From assembly GCA_964016885.1 (NCBI GenBank), contig OZ024745.1:88908001-88972000 (forward strand): DNA of 64,000 nucleotides. Direction: 5' to 3'. The notes below the pieces were generated by a model. The model was not told the DNA's origin. It worked only from the letters and a program-made list of their open reading frames with translations, and made no database searches. This DNA comes from Eledone cirrhosa (taxonomy: Eukaryota). The position numbers and the translations under genes are program-made. Of the stretch, positions 1 through 12,239 are shown piece by piece (positions within the stretch are counted from its first letter, which is position 1; every line of letters begins with the position of its first letter).

Positions 1-665
1 GTACAACAGCGTATCATCCTGCCGCTAACGGCATGGTAGAACGCTTACACCGCCAGCTAAAATCATCTATCAAGGCTTACGAAGACTCCACTAACTGGTT
101 CGAATACCTCCCACTCATTCTTCTTGGTATTCGTTCCACTGTTAAGGAGGGAGTCGAACATTCTCCGGCTGAAATGGTGTATGGCACCGTACTCACTCTA
201 CCCGGACAAATGATCGCTCCTGTTTCGCCACAAGAACTTCCAGACCCAACAAAATATGTGCACCGTTTACGGTCATCGATGTCGCATCTGTCTCCTTCAG
301 CCCCTAAACAAAAACACGTTACTTCACACATACCAAAAGACATCGATACATGGACGCATGTTTTCGTTAGAAATGACGGTAATCCATCGCAACTTTGTCC
401 GCCGTATTCTGGGCCCCATAAGGTGATACAGAAACGCCCTAAGTATTTCGTCCTCGACTTGAACGGGAAACGAAATACCGTCTCCATTGATCGTTTAAAA
501 AAAGCGTTCATAGAACAGGAATTGCCACCATACCCACCGTTTCTCCAGCAGACTCACCAACAACTTTTCCCGACACAAACACGGCAAATTCTGCACAACC
601 CCGACACATCAAATCTGGAAGATCAGTCCGATGGCCCACGCGATACGTACAAGTTTATCAGGTAA
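1..665 (+). mobile_element. Ty3/Gypsy LTR retrotransposon integrase C-terminal remnant
   Basis: Frame reads TTAYHPAANGMVERLHRQLK...LPLILLGIRST...SPAEMVYG...PYSGPHKV...TVSIDRLKKA, the end of the rve core plus the GPY/F module typical of Gypsy integrases. It runs off the window start. Confidence 0.9.
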
Positions 666-1121
666 GTACAAATTATGCATCTGGTCGACATTTCGGCTAA
701 TTTGTACATTTCAACGAATCGGCCAATTTCTGTGGTCATGAACTATTGCTACACACAAATCAATTAACTATGTGCATCACCCACATCAACAGAACAGACA
801 AAAGAACATTTTTTCGTTTCTATGAAATGAACGAACTTTTAATCAACAAACTTTTCGTACGAACATTTTCAATTTTATGTAACATCACAGTACATTTTCC
901 TGCATGTAAATTTCTTTTGCTTTGCATGTTTTCTTTTATTTCTTCTGTTTGTAAATGACTTTCATGTGTTTTTTTTATTTTTACTGATTTACTTCAACAA
1001 CACACCTAGTCATACCTATCTTCATTTTACATGCACCTAGATCGTTCAATCTTAGCTTTCTCACTGGAAACGGCGAAGATTCGAAACCGAATCTGAGCTT
1101 TCCCGCCTCCGGGAGAAGCCG

Positions 1122-1805
1122 TGGTAACTTGTTTACGCTCAAGAGACTAACCCCTTGGGAGAGGCAAAACACAGCTCAGAGGTGTTTACGCTGACAGAAA
1201 ATAGGTCAGAGGATATATTCATCTTTCTGACTTGTTTACGCTTGGCAAACTAATCCCTTGGGAGACTAACCAAAGTTCAGAGGATATATCTATCCTTCTA
1301 ACTTCAACTCTTATAAATACAGGGGTTGTTTACGCCTAGACAGAAAAGAAGTGATATACAGACAAGACAAGTCGCATTTACAAGTTCCCGTCAGGAAAAA
1401 CGAGTCTGCCACTTATTCTCACCTTCATGGCTGATCGCTGACTCCTGCAATACAAATAAGTAAATGTACTGATACGCACACACGCATTCATGGTGATTTC
1501 AGTATTTTTACACGCACCATTCATTTTTGTTTACACATATTGTACCTTTCTGATACAGTACAAATTATATTATAATCGTATTCTGTGATATTTGAATTTA
1601 CGTGGCTCGAAGAGCTACCAAATTATTGTATGAATATTTTGTGTTATTGATTTTATCATTCAATATTCCAATTGAATATTGTTATAATAAAATAAACTTT
1701 GTAACAACACAATCCTGGTATTTTCCTTTACATCGAAACCACCATACCAACAGTTACATCCATTCATCCACTTATCGTTACAACCACACATAATATTCCG
1801 TTACA
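1122..1805 (+). mobile_element. Putative 3' LTR of the Gypsy element
   Basis: Purine tract gggagaag (1111-1118) is followed by tggtaac. The region ends ...ccgttaca before (TA)n. It contains TATAAATA (1312-1319) and AATAAA (~1687). No second LTR is in the window to confirm it. Confidence 0.45.
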
Positions 1806-1818
1806 TATGTATATATAT

Positions 1819-1852
<34 letters not shown>

Positions 1853-1929
1853 ATATATAATATATATAATATATATAAGTATGTATACGTACATATATAA
1901 TATATATATAATATATATATATATATACA

Positions 1930-1997
<68 letters not shown>
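1805..1997. repeat. (TA)n microsatellite
   Basis: Direct reading. Confidence 0.95.
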
Positions 1998-2167
1998 TAA
2001 ATCCCCCTCTTCTACCTCAAGTCTTACTTATTTATACTGTCTGATATTGAAATGTTAGTTCTTGTTTGATGACCCTGTGATAAATAGACGAATCTCCAGA
2101 GTAACTAGCTCACTATTTAGCCTTAATAAAATGAATACATATATTTGTGTTTGTATGTATGTAAATA

Positions 2168-2218
<51 letters not shown>

Positions 2219-2257
2219 GTGTGTATATATATATGTGTGTGTATATATATATATATA

Positions 2258-2800
2258 GCGAGTATAACTTGGAGTTACTGCAGGTTCACCCGGGAGAGCA
2301 CTCCATATTAGCTTCACTTCTATATTGAGGTGTAGAGCTATACAGAGTGTAATATATTGAAAGGATAACAAGGACGATTGGTTACTCCTTCATTACATTT
2401 ATTGGTAGGTGACGCGCGTTTCGCCAAGTTACGATCTGTATCGATCTTACCCGACTCAATAACCGGCAGATCGACGGACCCTTTAAAATGGTATAAGAAA
2501 ATGAATACATGCTATGTGGTAAAGTCAGAATTTCATAAGTTGTACAATATGAGTTGTTTTGATTGGTGGGAAAGATCATAGGGATGTAGTGGCCTGTCAT
2601 GTATGTGGGGGTGGATGTGATGATAAGATGGTGGTGACGGTCACTGAGTGCGATGGATTGTGGTGTGTGTGTGGGGGGGGAGGGGGTTTATGTCGTTAGA
2701 CAGGTTGGCGTATATTTTTGGCTGGTTATTGTGTGGTGTGTGGTTGTTTGTTGCTTAAGGTAGTGGCGTTTGTGGTGGTGTGGTGGATGTGTTGGTGTAT
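2258..2800 (-). mobile_element. Decayed PLE terminal repeat fragment
   Basis: Minus strand has GAAACGCGCGTC (2409-2420), the palindromic stem III half typical of PLE hammerheads, but no intact CTGANGA. Flanked by (TA)n. Confidence 0.4.
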
Positions 2801-3229
2801 ACATACATATATATATATGCATGTATATATATCTAAACATATATAACATATATATATATATATATATATACATATATATAATAAGAATGAGTTGAGACAG
2901 AGAGAGATCAGGAGAAGAAAGGGACATAAGAGGGTAACATAAAGATAATCTAAATAGTGAACTATTTTTAATGGTTGCTAAAAGGTGCTACATATAGGTG
3001 TGGTTTAGGTAACATCGCTTATCATTATAATTGTTCTGATGAAAGATTCAATGCAGCATCGGCTGGGGCTTCAACAATTCTAACACAGATATATCCGCTA
3101 CGGTGCAAATAAAAGGAACAATTATCAGACAAAATTATCGTTAACCACTGAAGAATTGAAGCAGCAGGAATAGTCAAAATGCATAAATATTCATAAGAAT
3201 TCTATTATTCATGCTTTTTAGCATAGAGT

Positions 3230-3416
3230 TACGGCCCATTACGTTCTGAGTCCCAATCCTGCTGAGGTTAGCTTTACATTTCATCCTAATGGGGACGATA
3301 ACACAAAATACCAGTAACGAACTGGGGTCGATTTAATCGATGTCTCCTTACTCGCCACCCAAAAAAAATTTGTTGGCCTTGTGCCTGTAGTAGAAATCAT
3401 TATTATTATTATTATT
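3230..3416 (+). mobile_element. SINE (MetaSINE-like, octopus type) with (ATT)n tail
   Basis: B-box-like gttctgagtcccaatcc, core ctttacatttcatcctaatggggacgata...taccagt...ctggggtcgat, tail ggccttgtgcct...gaaa(tta)n. A related copy lies inverted at 23151-23330. Family name from recall. Confidence 0.7.
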
Positions 3417-4051
3417 GTTCTTTGAGTCTCAGTCATTGATGTTATTTAACTGGAAAGTTTGTTGAAATGCTACCTGCAGCCTCAGATATTCAGGACGTAT
3501 CGGAGGGTTCGTGCTGTTACCAGCAAGCATGCCTTTGAAGGGTTCCAAAAAGCGGGGCTGGACTAAATTTCTTTAACCATCCTTCGAAACTCTTTTATAC
3601 CATACACATATAATTCTCCCGTGCCAAGGGGCCCCATCTAATGTTTATTTATACCATACACATGAAATTCTCCAGTGGCAAGGTGCCCCATCTAGGGTGT
3701 TGCTAATCTTAGGATTTTTTACGGACACGTAACCCTCCCATTTCATTTTTATTTTTATTTCTGTTTTATATATAGTAATAATCTCATTATCTTTCTCCAA
3801 GTTCCGAAGATCTGCTCCAAAATATTATTCTATGTTTCTTATATTTCTCTGCACCAAATCAACAACTTTCTTACCACTGATTGATCCAGAAACATTATAT
3901 AGAGTAGTGAAATAATTGTAAACTGTTCTATCCCCTTTCTATATTAAACTGCACTTTATGTTGATACTCTTTGACTAATGTCTTCTATGTGAATTTGTGG
4001 TCTTCATTTGCTTAAATACTGAATATATATATCTATATCTCTCTCTCTCTC

Positions 4052-4064
<13 letters not shown>

Positions 4065-4128
<64 letters not shown>
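4065..4128. repeat. (AG)n microsatellite
   Basis: Direct reading. Confidence 0.95.
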
Positions 4129-4130
<2 letters not shown>

Positions 4131-4377
4131 GTAGCACACAAGTTATTATATATTGGTAAACGGAATAGAAAATGCTGACAAATTGTTCACAGTTGAAAAA
4201 TGGTTTAATTAGGAATAAAAGAGTATTAGTAATTGTATGGGTTAGTATTCAGTTGTGGTTTTAAGTTTTTAAGTTTTTACCGGTTGCGCATTTATAAATG
4301 CTTTTCAAAAATAATTTAGAGATACAGTGTCCGTGTTGTTTGCTCTGATCTGATTAGTTTTGGAAATTCTACCTCTT

Positions 4378-4741
4378 TTTATGTTAAAAATGATTCCAGG
4401 GCTACTTTGGTGTTGCAAAAATTCTTGTGGTCAAAACAATTTTGATTGGTCGGTAGAGGTCATGTGAATGTAAAAAATTGATTTTGCGCCAAGACTGTTT
4501 TTATGTTAAAAAAGTGGCTCCAGCGCTACTTGGTGTTTGCAAAAATTCTTGTGGTCAAAGCAATTTTGATTGGTCGGTAGAGGTCATGTGAATGTAAAAA
4601 ATTGATTCTGCGCCAAGACTGTTTTTTATGTTAAAAAAGTGGCTCCAGCGCTACTTGGTGTTTGCAAAAATTCTTGTGGTCAAAACAATTTTGATTGGTC
4701 GGTAGAGGTCATGTGAATAAAAAATTGGTTTTGCGCCAAGA
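4378..4741. repeat. Three tandem ~123-bp units inside the PLE terminal repeat
   Basis: Unit atgttaaaaa...gtggtcaaaacaattttgattggtcggtagaggtcatgtgaat...gcgccaag occurs three times. The inverted arm has a single copy. Confidence 0.9.
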
Positions 4742-5084
4742 TTGAGAAATGACTCTTTCACAACAAATGTGTGTGTGTGTGTGTGTGTGAGTGTGTGTGT
4801 GTGTGTGTGTGGTAGTAGTAGTAGTAGTAGTAGTAAGGTTTTCGATGTTGTGATAATGGTTAGCAGGGATGTGTGTCAAATGGCTATTAAGATAAGTGTG
4901 TGTGTGTGTGTATAGCAGAGTAATTCGTGGTAGCAGGGATGGTCAGTAAGAATGTGTCTGTAAGCAATGGGGGTATTTTAGCATGTCAAAAGATATTTTT
5001 CAGCTTTTGTCTTATACGGAGAAGTGCGTGTGTGTGTATAAGTCTCTTTGTATGTTAATGTACGCGTGAGTATGTGTGTGTATA

Positions 5085-5142
<58 letters not shown>

Positions 5143-5313
5143 AATGTGTGTGTATGTGTGTGTGGGTGGACCAGTATTTTTCCCCCTGGTAAAATGGTGT
5201 ACATTATTCGATTTTTTTTTCAGTAAAATCGGTTCTCTTAATAGAACATCAAAAATCTTAACAATAAAAGGTGTGAAATGATATTCACTATATATATATA
5301 CACATACATATAT

Positions 5314-5371
<58 letters not shown>

Positions 5372-6056
5372 TTTTTTGTGTTGCACCATAGAGCATGTGT
5401 GTTTACGTATGTCATTGTGTTTATATGTGGGTAGAGATGTGTGCTGATGTAGGTATGTATGTTGACGTGTGCATGTTGTGGGTTCGTCTTAGGGAGAAGT
5501 GTTTAGACGGGGTCCGTATTTGTTAATGAAGTAAGATTCATTGCTGATGCGCTGGGTCTGGGTGGCATTATCTTTAAATTTGTAGAGGGGAAAGATTCTG
5601 AAGTTGGGATGATTTTGGGCGGCACAGGTATCAATGTGTTCACTCAGTGGTATTTTCCTGTATTCCCGTATTTTAATTTTGGATCTATGGACAGTCATGC
5701 GTTGGCGGAGACTGTTTTTGGTCTGGCCTATGTATTGTTCTCGACAACCTGAGCAAGTTAATACATATATTAGATTTTCCGATGCACATGTGAAATTGTG
5801 TTTTACTATAAAACGTTGTCCTTCTTTGAAATAGAATTCCGAACCCTCTATTAGGTTGATGCAAATGCCACAGTTGGGTCTATCGCATTCTTTTTACTGT
5901 GGGTTACGTTGTTGTGGTTGGCAGTACTTTGGCATGTGTTAGGATGTTTTTCACTTCTCCGTATAAGACGAAAGCTGAAAAATATCTTTTGACATGCTAA
6001 AATACTTAGACACATACTTACTGACCATCCCTTCTACCACGAATTACTCTGCTAAG

Positions 6057-6127
<71 letters not shown>

Positions 6128-6423
6128 TTATCTTAATAGCCATTTGACACACATCCCTGCTAACCATTATCACAACATCGAACACCTTACTACTACCACA
6201 CACACACACACACATATTTGTTGTGAAAGAGTCATTTCTCAATCTTGGCGCAAAACCAATTTTTTATTCACATGACCTCTTCTGACCAATCAAAATTGTT
6301 TTGACCACAAGAATTTTTGCAACACCAGAGTAGCGCTGGAGCCACTTTTTTAACATAAAAAGAGGTAGAATTCCCAAAACTAATCAGATCAGAGCAAACA
6401 ACATGGACACTCAATCTCAAAAT

Positions 6424-6464
6424 TATTTTTGAAAAGCATTTAGAAATGCGCAACCGGTAAAATC
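6424..6464 (+). ncRNA. Hammerhead-like motif with variant core (TTGAAAA ... GCAA); mirror copy ~4275-4314 on minus
   Basis: TTGAAAA gcattt-ag-aaatgc GCAA ccgg TA aaat: hammerhead topology with palindromic stem III, U3-A8 core and GCAA in place of GAAA. Confidence 0.5.
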
Positions 6465-6572
6465 TTAAAAACTTAAAACCACAACTGAATACAATTACTA
6501 ATACTCTTTTATTCCTAATTAAACTATTTTTCAACTGTGAACAATTTGTCAGCATTTTCTATTCCGTTAACC

Positions 6573-6607
<35 letters not shown>

Positions 6608-6619
6608 ATATATAAAGAA

Positions 6620-9600
6620 AAAAAGATGAAATAGAAAATGCAACTGGAGTCTTATTTTTTTTAAAATATATATACTTATTTGGTTCCTTTACCCGTTTCG
6701 CAGTTCTTCTGCTTTTCAAAAGTAGAGTTGAGATGGAGCGTCTGTAGTTTTTCTCATATCTGGTTGGTCTCTGAATGTTACTTGTTTTATATGGAAATAG
6801 TGGCTCAAAATGCCAGGTTTTTGGAGAAGTAATTTGATTGGTTGGTCAATAATTATAATAAATTTCGCGCCAGTTCGCGTTACAAAGTTCTTCGAACAAG
6901 AGGGTGTGTCACAGGTTGTTTTTTTATATATGAGTGTTTGAATTTCTTTTTACTTAAAAAAAAAGGGGGGGGGGGCTCACGAATGCTTTTTTTTAATAAA
7001 CGCAATTTGATAGGTTATAAATGAAATTATGGCTGTCACGTGAACATGTTTTCAATAAATTTTCGCGCCCTTATTTGGAAATCTATTCTGTAGCCTTTTT
7101 AGAGAATTTTATGACAAGTAAAAGATAATGGTCAAGAGAAATTGGATGGGAGAATTGTTCTGGTTCAGTGAATATGGTTAGTTCGCTGGGGTGTCAGAAT
7201 TCAGATTTTCTATTGATTAATGTAAGTAAAGATGTGTGTGTGTGTGTGTGTTGGCAGATGATTCTATTAGTAGAAATGGGGGAGGGAGTTGTGTGTGTGT
7301 GAATATGGGTGTTATGTGTGTGTGGGAGTATATTAAGATGGAGAAAATATATATCATTTGTGTGTGTGTAAGAAAGTGATTCTATTAGTAGAAATGGGGG
7401 AGGGAGTTGTGTGTGTGGAGGTGGGGATGTTATGTGTGTGCATGGGTGTTATGTGTGTGGGAGTATGGTTAGCATGTTAAGATGAAGAGAATATATATAT
7501 TGTGTGTGTGTAGGAAAATGATTCCTTTAGTAGGAATATTTTTGAATGAACATATTTTCTTTACTTATTCGTATTTGTTCTGTTGTATTGTCAGTGCAAA
7601 CGTATGTTAAGGTTTATTTAGTTCGGGTTTTTATTTTCTAAAGTAAAAGGTGTTATGTGTGTGTGTATGTATCTGTTTGGATGGTTAGCATGTTATGGTG
7701 TTGACATAATGTATATTAAATCATATTTAATGCTTGTCTATATTTTTGAATAAACATATTTTCCTTATTTATTCGTATTTGTTTGTTGTATTGTTAGCGC
7801 AAAGGTAAAATGGAAAGACTTGGAATTAGGGTGTCTTATTACTTGCGCATATGTCTAGATGTGAGCTTAGTGGTATCTGTCTCGTGGTTGGATCTCGTAA
7901 TTGTTGGCGATGAACTGTCATTCTGTTTCTGAGTGTGAGTTTAGTTTGTCCTATATAATCTTCATTGCATCCTTTACATTTTTTATGAGCAAGTGAAGTG
8001 ATTTTTTACAGTAAAATTTTGTCCTGATTTAAATGTATACGTGTTGCCTTCAATGAGGTCAGTGCAGGTCCCACAATTAGAGCGACCACATTTTTTGACA
8101 CTTGGTTGTGGGTTTGTGGTAGGTAATTTGGCATGTTTTCAGTGATTTTGGTTGTCTTTTGCTTTTGATTATTTTGTGTGTTTCAAGGGCTTTTTTCATT
8201 CTTGGGTTTTGTTTTAGTAGTGGGATGTTCTTGTGAATAGTGTTGTAAGCTTCCGCATTTCTTGGATTGTCTGCTGAGATATATGATAGAATGTTGGACG
8301 TACCTTGAATCCCTTTCTATTCCATTATTTATTAGTAATGGCGGGTACTCTCTTTCGAGTAGAATTTCCTTTTATTCTTGAAGTCTTTTATTTCGCGTTT
8401 CATAATTGGAGACAATTGTGTAAACCCTTCTTGCTAGGTTAAAAGGAATGTTCGTCTTCGTGTGCTTTGGATGGTTGGAGGTGAATAGCAGGTATTGTTT
8501 GGAATCTGTTGGTTTGTAGTGTATGTCAGTTTCAATATTTATGTCTTTTTTTAAGATTAAGATGTCCAGAAATGGGAGTTGATCTTGGCTGTATTCCATT
8601 GTGAATTGGATTTGGTTATTGACGCCGTTTATTAAGTTTTTGAAATCCTTCAGTTGGTGGAGTGTGTGGGACCAAATAATGAGATAGTCATCCAAGTAGC
8701 GTTTCCAATTCTCTGATAAATATTTGTGGAAGTTCAATCCGTATTTTGATTTGGGCTGTTAATATATCTGGACTTCTAAGTATGCCGTGACTAAGTTGGC
8801 ATAAGTTGGAGCGGCTTTTGTACCCATCGCAGTCCCAGATATTTGCTTGTAAGTACTGCCATCGAAATCAAAAATGTTGTTCTGTAAGATGAATTTTAAA
8901 CCCTCGGTGATGAAGCTTTTTTCTATTCTGTCAGGTATCTCATTGGGATATTTCTCTAGCCAGAATCCTATTGCTTCTAGTCCGTATTGTTGTGGGATCG
9001 TTGTGTAGAGATTCACTACATCGAAAGACACAATAATAGTGTCGCTGTTGACATGTTTGGGTAGGTGGTTTAAGAGGTCCAGATCGTCTCTTACAAGGCT
9101 TGGTATGTGTTTGAGAATTGGTTTTAGTAGTATGTCTATAAAGTTGCTCAGTCTGTGTGTTTCACATTGTGGACCCGCTACAATTGGTCTTAATTTAAGG
9201 TCTGTAGGGTATTGTGTGTTCACGCAGGCCGAGGTAGATTGTTTACAGGCATCGTTAATTATTTTACACTTGTGGATCTTCGGAAGTCCGTAAAGGTTGC
9301 TGGTTTTGTATTCAAAATGTGTTAAATAATCGCGTTCCTTTTTGTTAGGTCTTCCTGGTATCGATAAATCAGTGTGTTTAATCTGGTCATTGTTTTTGAT
9401 TGCTGGTAGGTTTTTACTCTTTCATAGTAATTAGTAGTTTGTAAGTGAGAGAACATAGAATTTTTATATTTTTCAGCCTCCATAATGACAACAGTACTTC
9501 CCTTGTCCGCTTCCTTAATTATAATGTCCGTATTGTTTTTTTAGTTCATGGATAATCTCCCATTCCCTTCGACACGTGTTGGGTTTGGGTTTAGGTTGCG

Positions 9601-10620
9601 GTAGTTCGTGGTATGGGAAAGTAGCTATGTGGTCACAAAATTTGTCCAGATTTCTGTTTCTACCTTTTGTTGGGTTGTAGCTGCTTTTATTCCGTACAAT
9701 TGATTCGTCGTTATTCTCCTTGTCAGAGAATTCCTCTGTGAGACTTAATTTTCTACAGAAGTGTAAGATATCGTCATTTATCTCATTGGGGTTAGAGTAT
9801 TTTGGTGTTGGTGTGAATTTCAGTCCTTTGGAGACAATTTTTACTTGTTGGGCTGAGAGCTTTGTATTTGAAAGGTTGATTATTTTTGGTTTTTCAAAAT
9901 CGGTTTGTGCCACCAGGTGTCGTGGGTCTTGTAGCCTTGGTCTAAAAAATGATTTTTCTGGAATGTTTTTTCAATAGTATTATTATATCTAATGGTATTT
10001 CCCCTGTTGTTGTGTGGTCTTGTATAGAAGTTTCGGACGTATTGATGTTCGGTGTGTTGATAGTCCGGGTTGTAGATTGTGTTCCTTTATGTGGGTTGGG
10101 ATCTACGGTTTTGGAACAGGCTCTGTGTGGGGAGGGGTCTACGGTTTGGGAATAGGTTTTGTGTGGGTTGTGATCTGCGGATCGGGTCCTGCCTTGTGTT
10201 CGCGATCTTCGGTTTTTGTTACTAGGGTTATAGTTTTGTCTATGGTTTCTGGGATTATCGTTATAGTTTTGCTGGGGGTATGTGGACGTTTTGTTACTTT
10301 TTTTGTTATTTGTTGTGCATGTGCTGTGTGAGTTTTAGTTTGTTTTTAAAATGGGTTACCTGTATGTTGTTCATTTTTGAAGTCCATTTCGTAGTTGTTG
10401 AACCAGGTGGCGTTTTTTTCACATCGATGGAGGGATGTTAGTTCTTCATCCTCACAGTTTCTTTCCAAAGTTTTAATGTTTTTTTCGTAGAGTAGGCCTT
10501 CAGAGTGCGTTGAGATTTCTGTGTCCATCTGTTGGTCGATTGATTGAATTTTTCTTCGTTGGAGTTGGGTCTTAATCGCACCAGTTCAATTTCTAATTAA
10601 CATTTTTATAACGCCATCTT
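6620..10620 (-). mobile_element. Neptune-like PLE, long but frameshifted
   Basis: ORF pieces contain IINLSN...KGLKFTPTP, RPIVAGP, SFDVVNLYTTIP, GTAMGTKAAPTYANL, WKRYLDD, LPFLDI, HYKPTDSKQYL..SNHPKH, then KCGRSNCGTC and YIGQT (~7950). Confidence 0.9.
6685..6724 (-). ncRNA. Minimal type I hammerhead, U3-A8 variant, in the Neptune 3' terminus
   Basis: Minus strand: ctt TTGAAAA gcag-aagaa-ctgc GAAA cggg TA aag. Confidence 0.6.
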
Positions 10621-10689
10621 TTCCCTAAGTCTTTGTTGGTTTTCTGGTTCATTCGGGATGGGTTTTATTTGACTTCCAAACATCTGATC

Positions 10690-11870
10690 CACCGAAACTC
10701 GGCCATTTTGGACCATACCAAAATCAACATACTGATTGCGGATTTGATACGGATGATGAGAAATGTGTCCCGCATGTGCAACCCCGAAGAACTAGAGAGA
10801 GACGTACAACACTTCATCCACCGTATGCAGTTCTCTGGCTACAATCAGAGAGATAGAATCAGAGTGTGTAGAGGAGCCAGAACCAAATGGGAAAAAATGG
10901 TAAATAATGACATTAATTGGACCTGCCCCTTGTATAGGAGCAAATTTTGGAATAGAATAGAAAGAACTAGGAACAAGGCTAATAGAATAAACTCATGGTA
11001 TGATAGCAATAAATACCAGAGTGTAATGTTCATCGATACAACCCCTAGAGGCGAACTAGCCTACAAATTTAGAAGGGCCCTAAATAAACATAAAACTCAA
11101 TATTAAGATAGTAGAAAGACCAGGTACCTCCGTAAAAACACTTATTAGCAAGACATACCCTTTTCAAAGACCCTCATGTATAGATAAGAAATGTATAACC
11201 TGTAAAATAAGCCCCCATATTAACTGTGAAACTAGAAATGTAGTGTATAGCATAAGATGTACTGAAGGACAATGTAGAAACCAAAATATAGTGTACATAG
11301 GTGAGACAGCTCTTAGTATAGGGGAACGGATAAATGAACACTGGCGAGACCTTCAAGATAATAAAGAATCATCTGTACTCTACCAACATGCTAAGATAGA
11401 ACACAAGGGAAATTAGAGAACATAGAAATAAAAATAGAATCTCACACAGAAAAGATGCAATGTTTAGACAAATTACAGAGGCAGTAAACATAAAAGTATT
11501 ACAACCAAAATTAAATAGAAAATATGAGTGGAACAGCAACATCACAACTTACAATTAAGGACAAAATAAAAACACACACACATATAGAACAAACAACCAA
11601 CCAATAACATGTAAATAAATAAATAAACAATTAGATAAATGAACATAAACACGCACAGACACCGGGATTTGGCGCATGCGCAAACTGAGCACACAACACA
11701 CACACAGAAACAAAATGGCGTAGGACAGAACAAAGTAGAGGCACAGAAACAAAGAAAGGAATCCCCAGTCACTGAAGAGGTCACAGAGTGTGTGACGAAA
11801 GGACTATGACTATATATAAACAACTATCTGGTTGTGGAACCAACCAACCAACAAGAAATTTATAAATTTA
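10690..11870 (+). mobile_element. PLE 3' fragment (thumb, Cys linker, GIY-YIG) of a third lineage
   Basis: MQFSGYNQRDR, CIDKKCITC, VVY..., YIGETALSIGERINEH, SVLYQHAKIEH; frameshifted. Confidence 0.8.
11767..11811 (+). ncRNA. Type I hammerhead ribozyme in PLE 3' UTR
   Basis: agtca CTGAAGA g gtcaca-gagtg-tgtgac GAAA ggac TA tgact. Confidence 0.75.
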
Positions 11871-12083
11871 TAAATTTGTAAATTTATAAGTATATAATAA
11901 ATTTAAGTGAAAGCAATGGTGCGTGTGTTTCTGTTTCTTATTGGCAACATGATCCTCCCAAAGTATAACAATATCGGTTTCAACACACGATTTCAGATAA
12001 AGAATCTTGCTAAACAAATTCAGAAACGAAATATATATATACATACATATATATATACACATATATATATAAAACACACACAT

Positions 12084-12231
<148 letters not shown>

Positions 12232-12239
12232 AATGGCAA

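Larger units (their letters stand above)
4153..6572 (-). mobile_element. 5'-truncated Neptune-like PLE with inverted terminal arms (4153-5027 / 5952-6572)
   Basis: The minus-strand middle encodes CDRPNCGIC and YIGQTKNSLRQRMTVHRSKI (Cys linker plus GIY-YIG). The arms are reverse complements of each other. Confidence 0.8.

Noticed and set aside
2060-2105. ttgatgaccctgtgataaatagacgaatc as a hammerhead
   Set aside because: Core and stems are too degenerate.
2400-2485. Hammerhead at GAAACGCGCGTC on minus (similar remnant at ~45757)
   Set aside because: Stems II and III are plausible but there is no recognisable CUGANGA or UUGANAA core.
3785-4020. Possible host exon or pseudogene on minus (also 21040-21230 and 26366-26492)
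   Set aside because: Short frames with stops, no recognisable domain and no consistent splice structure. A translated search would be needed.
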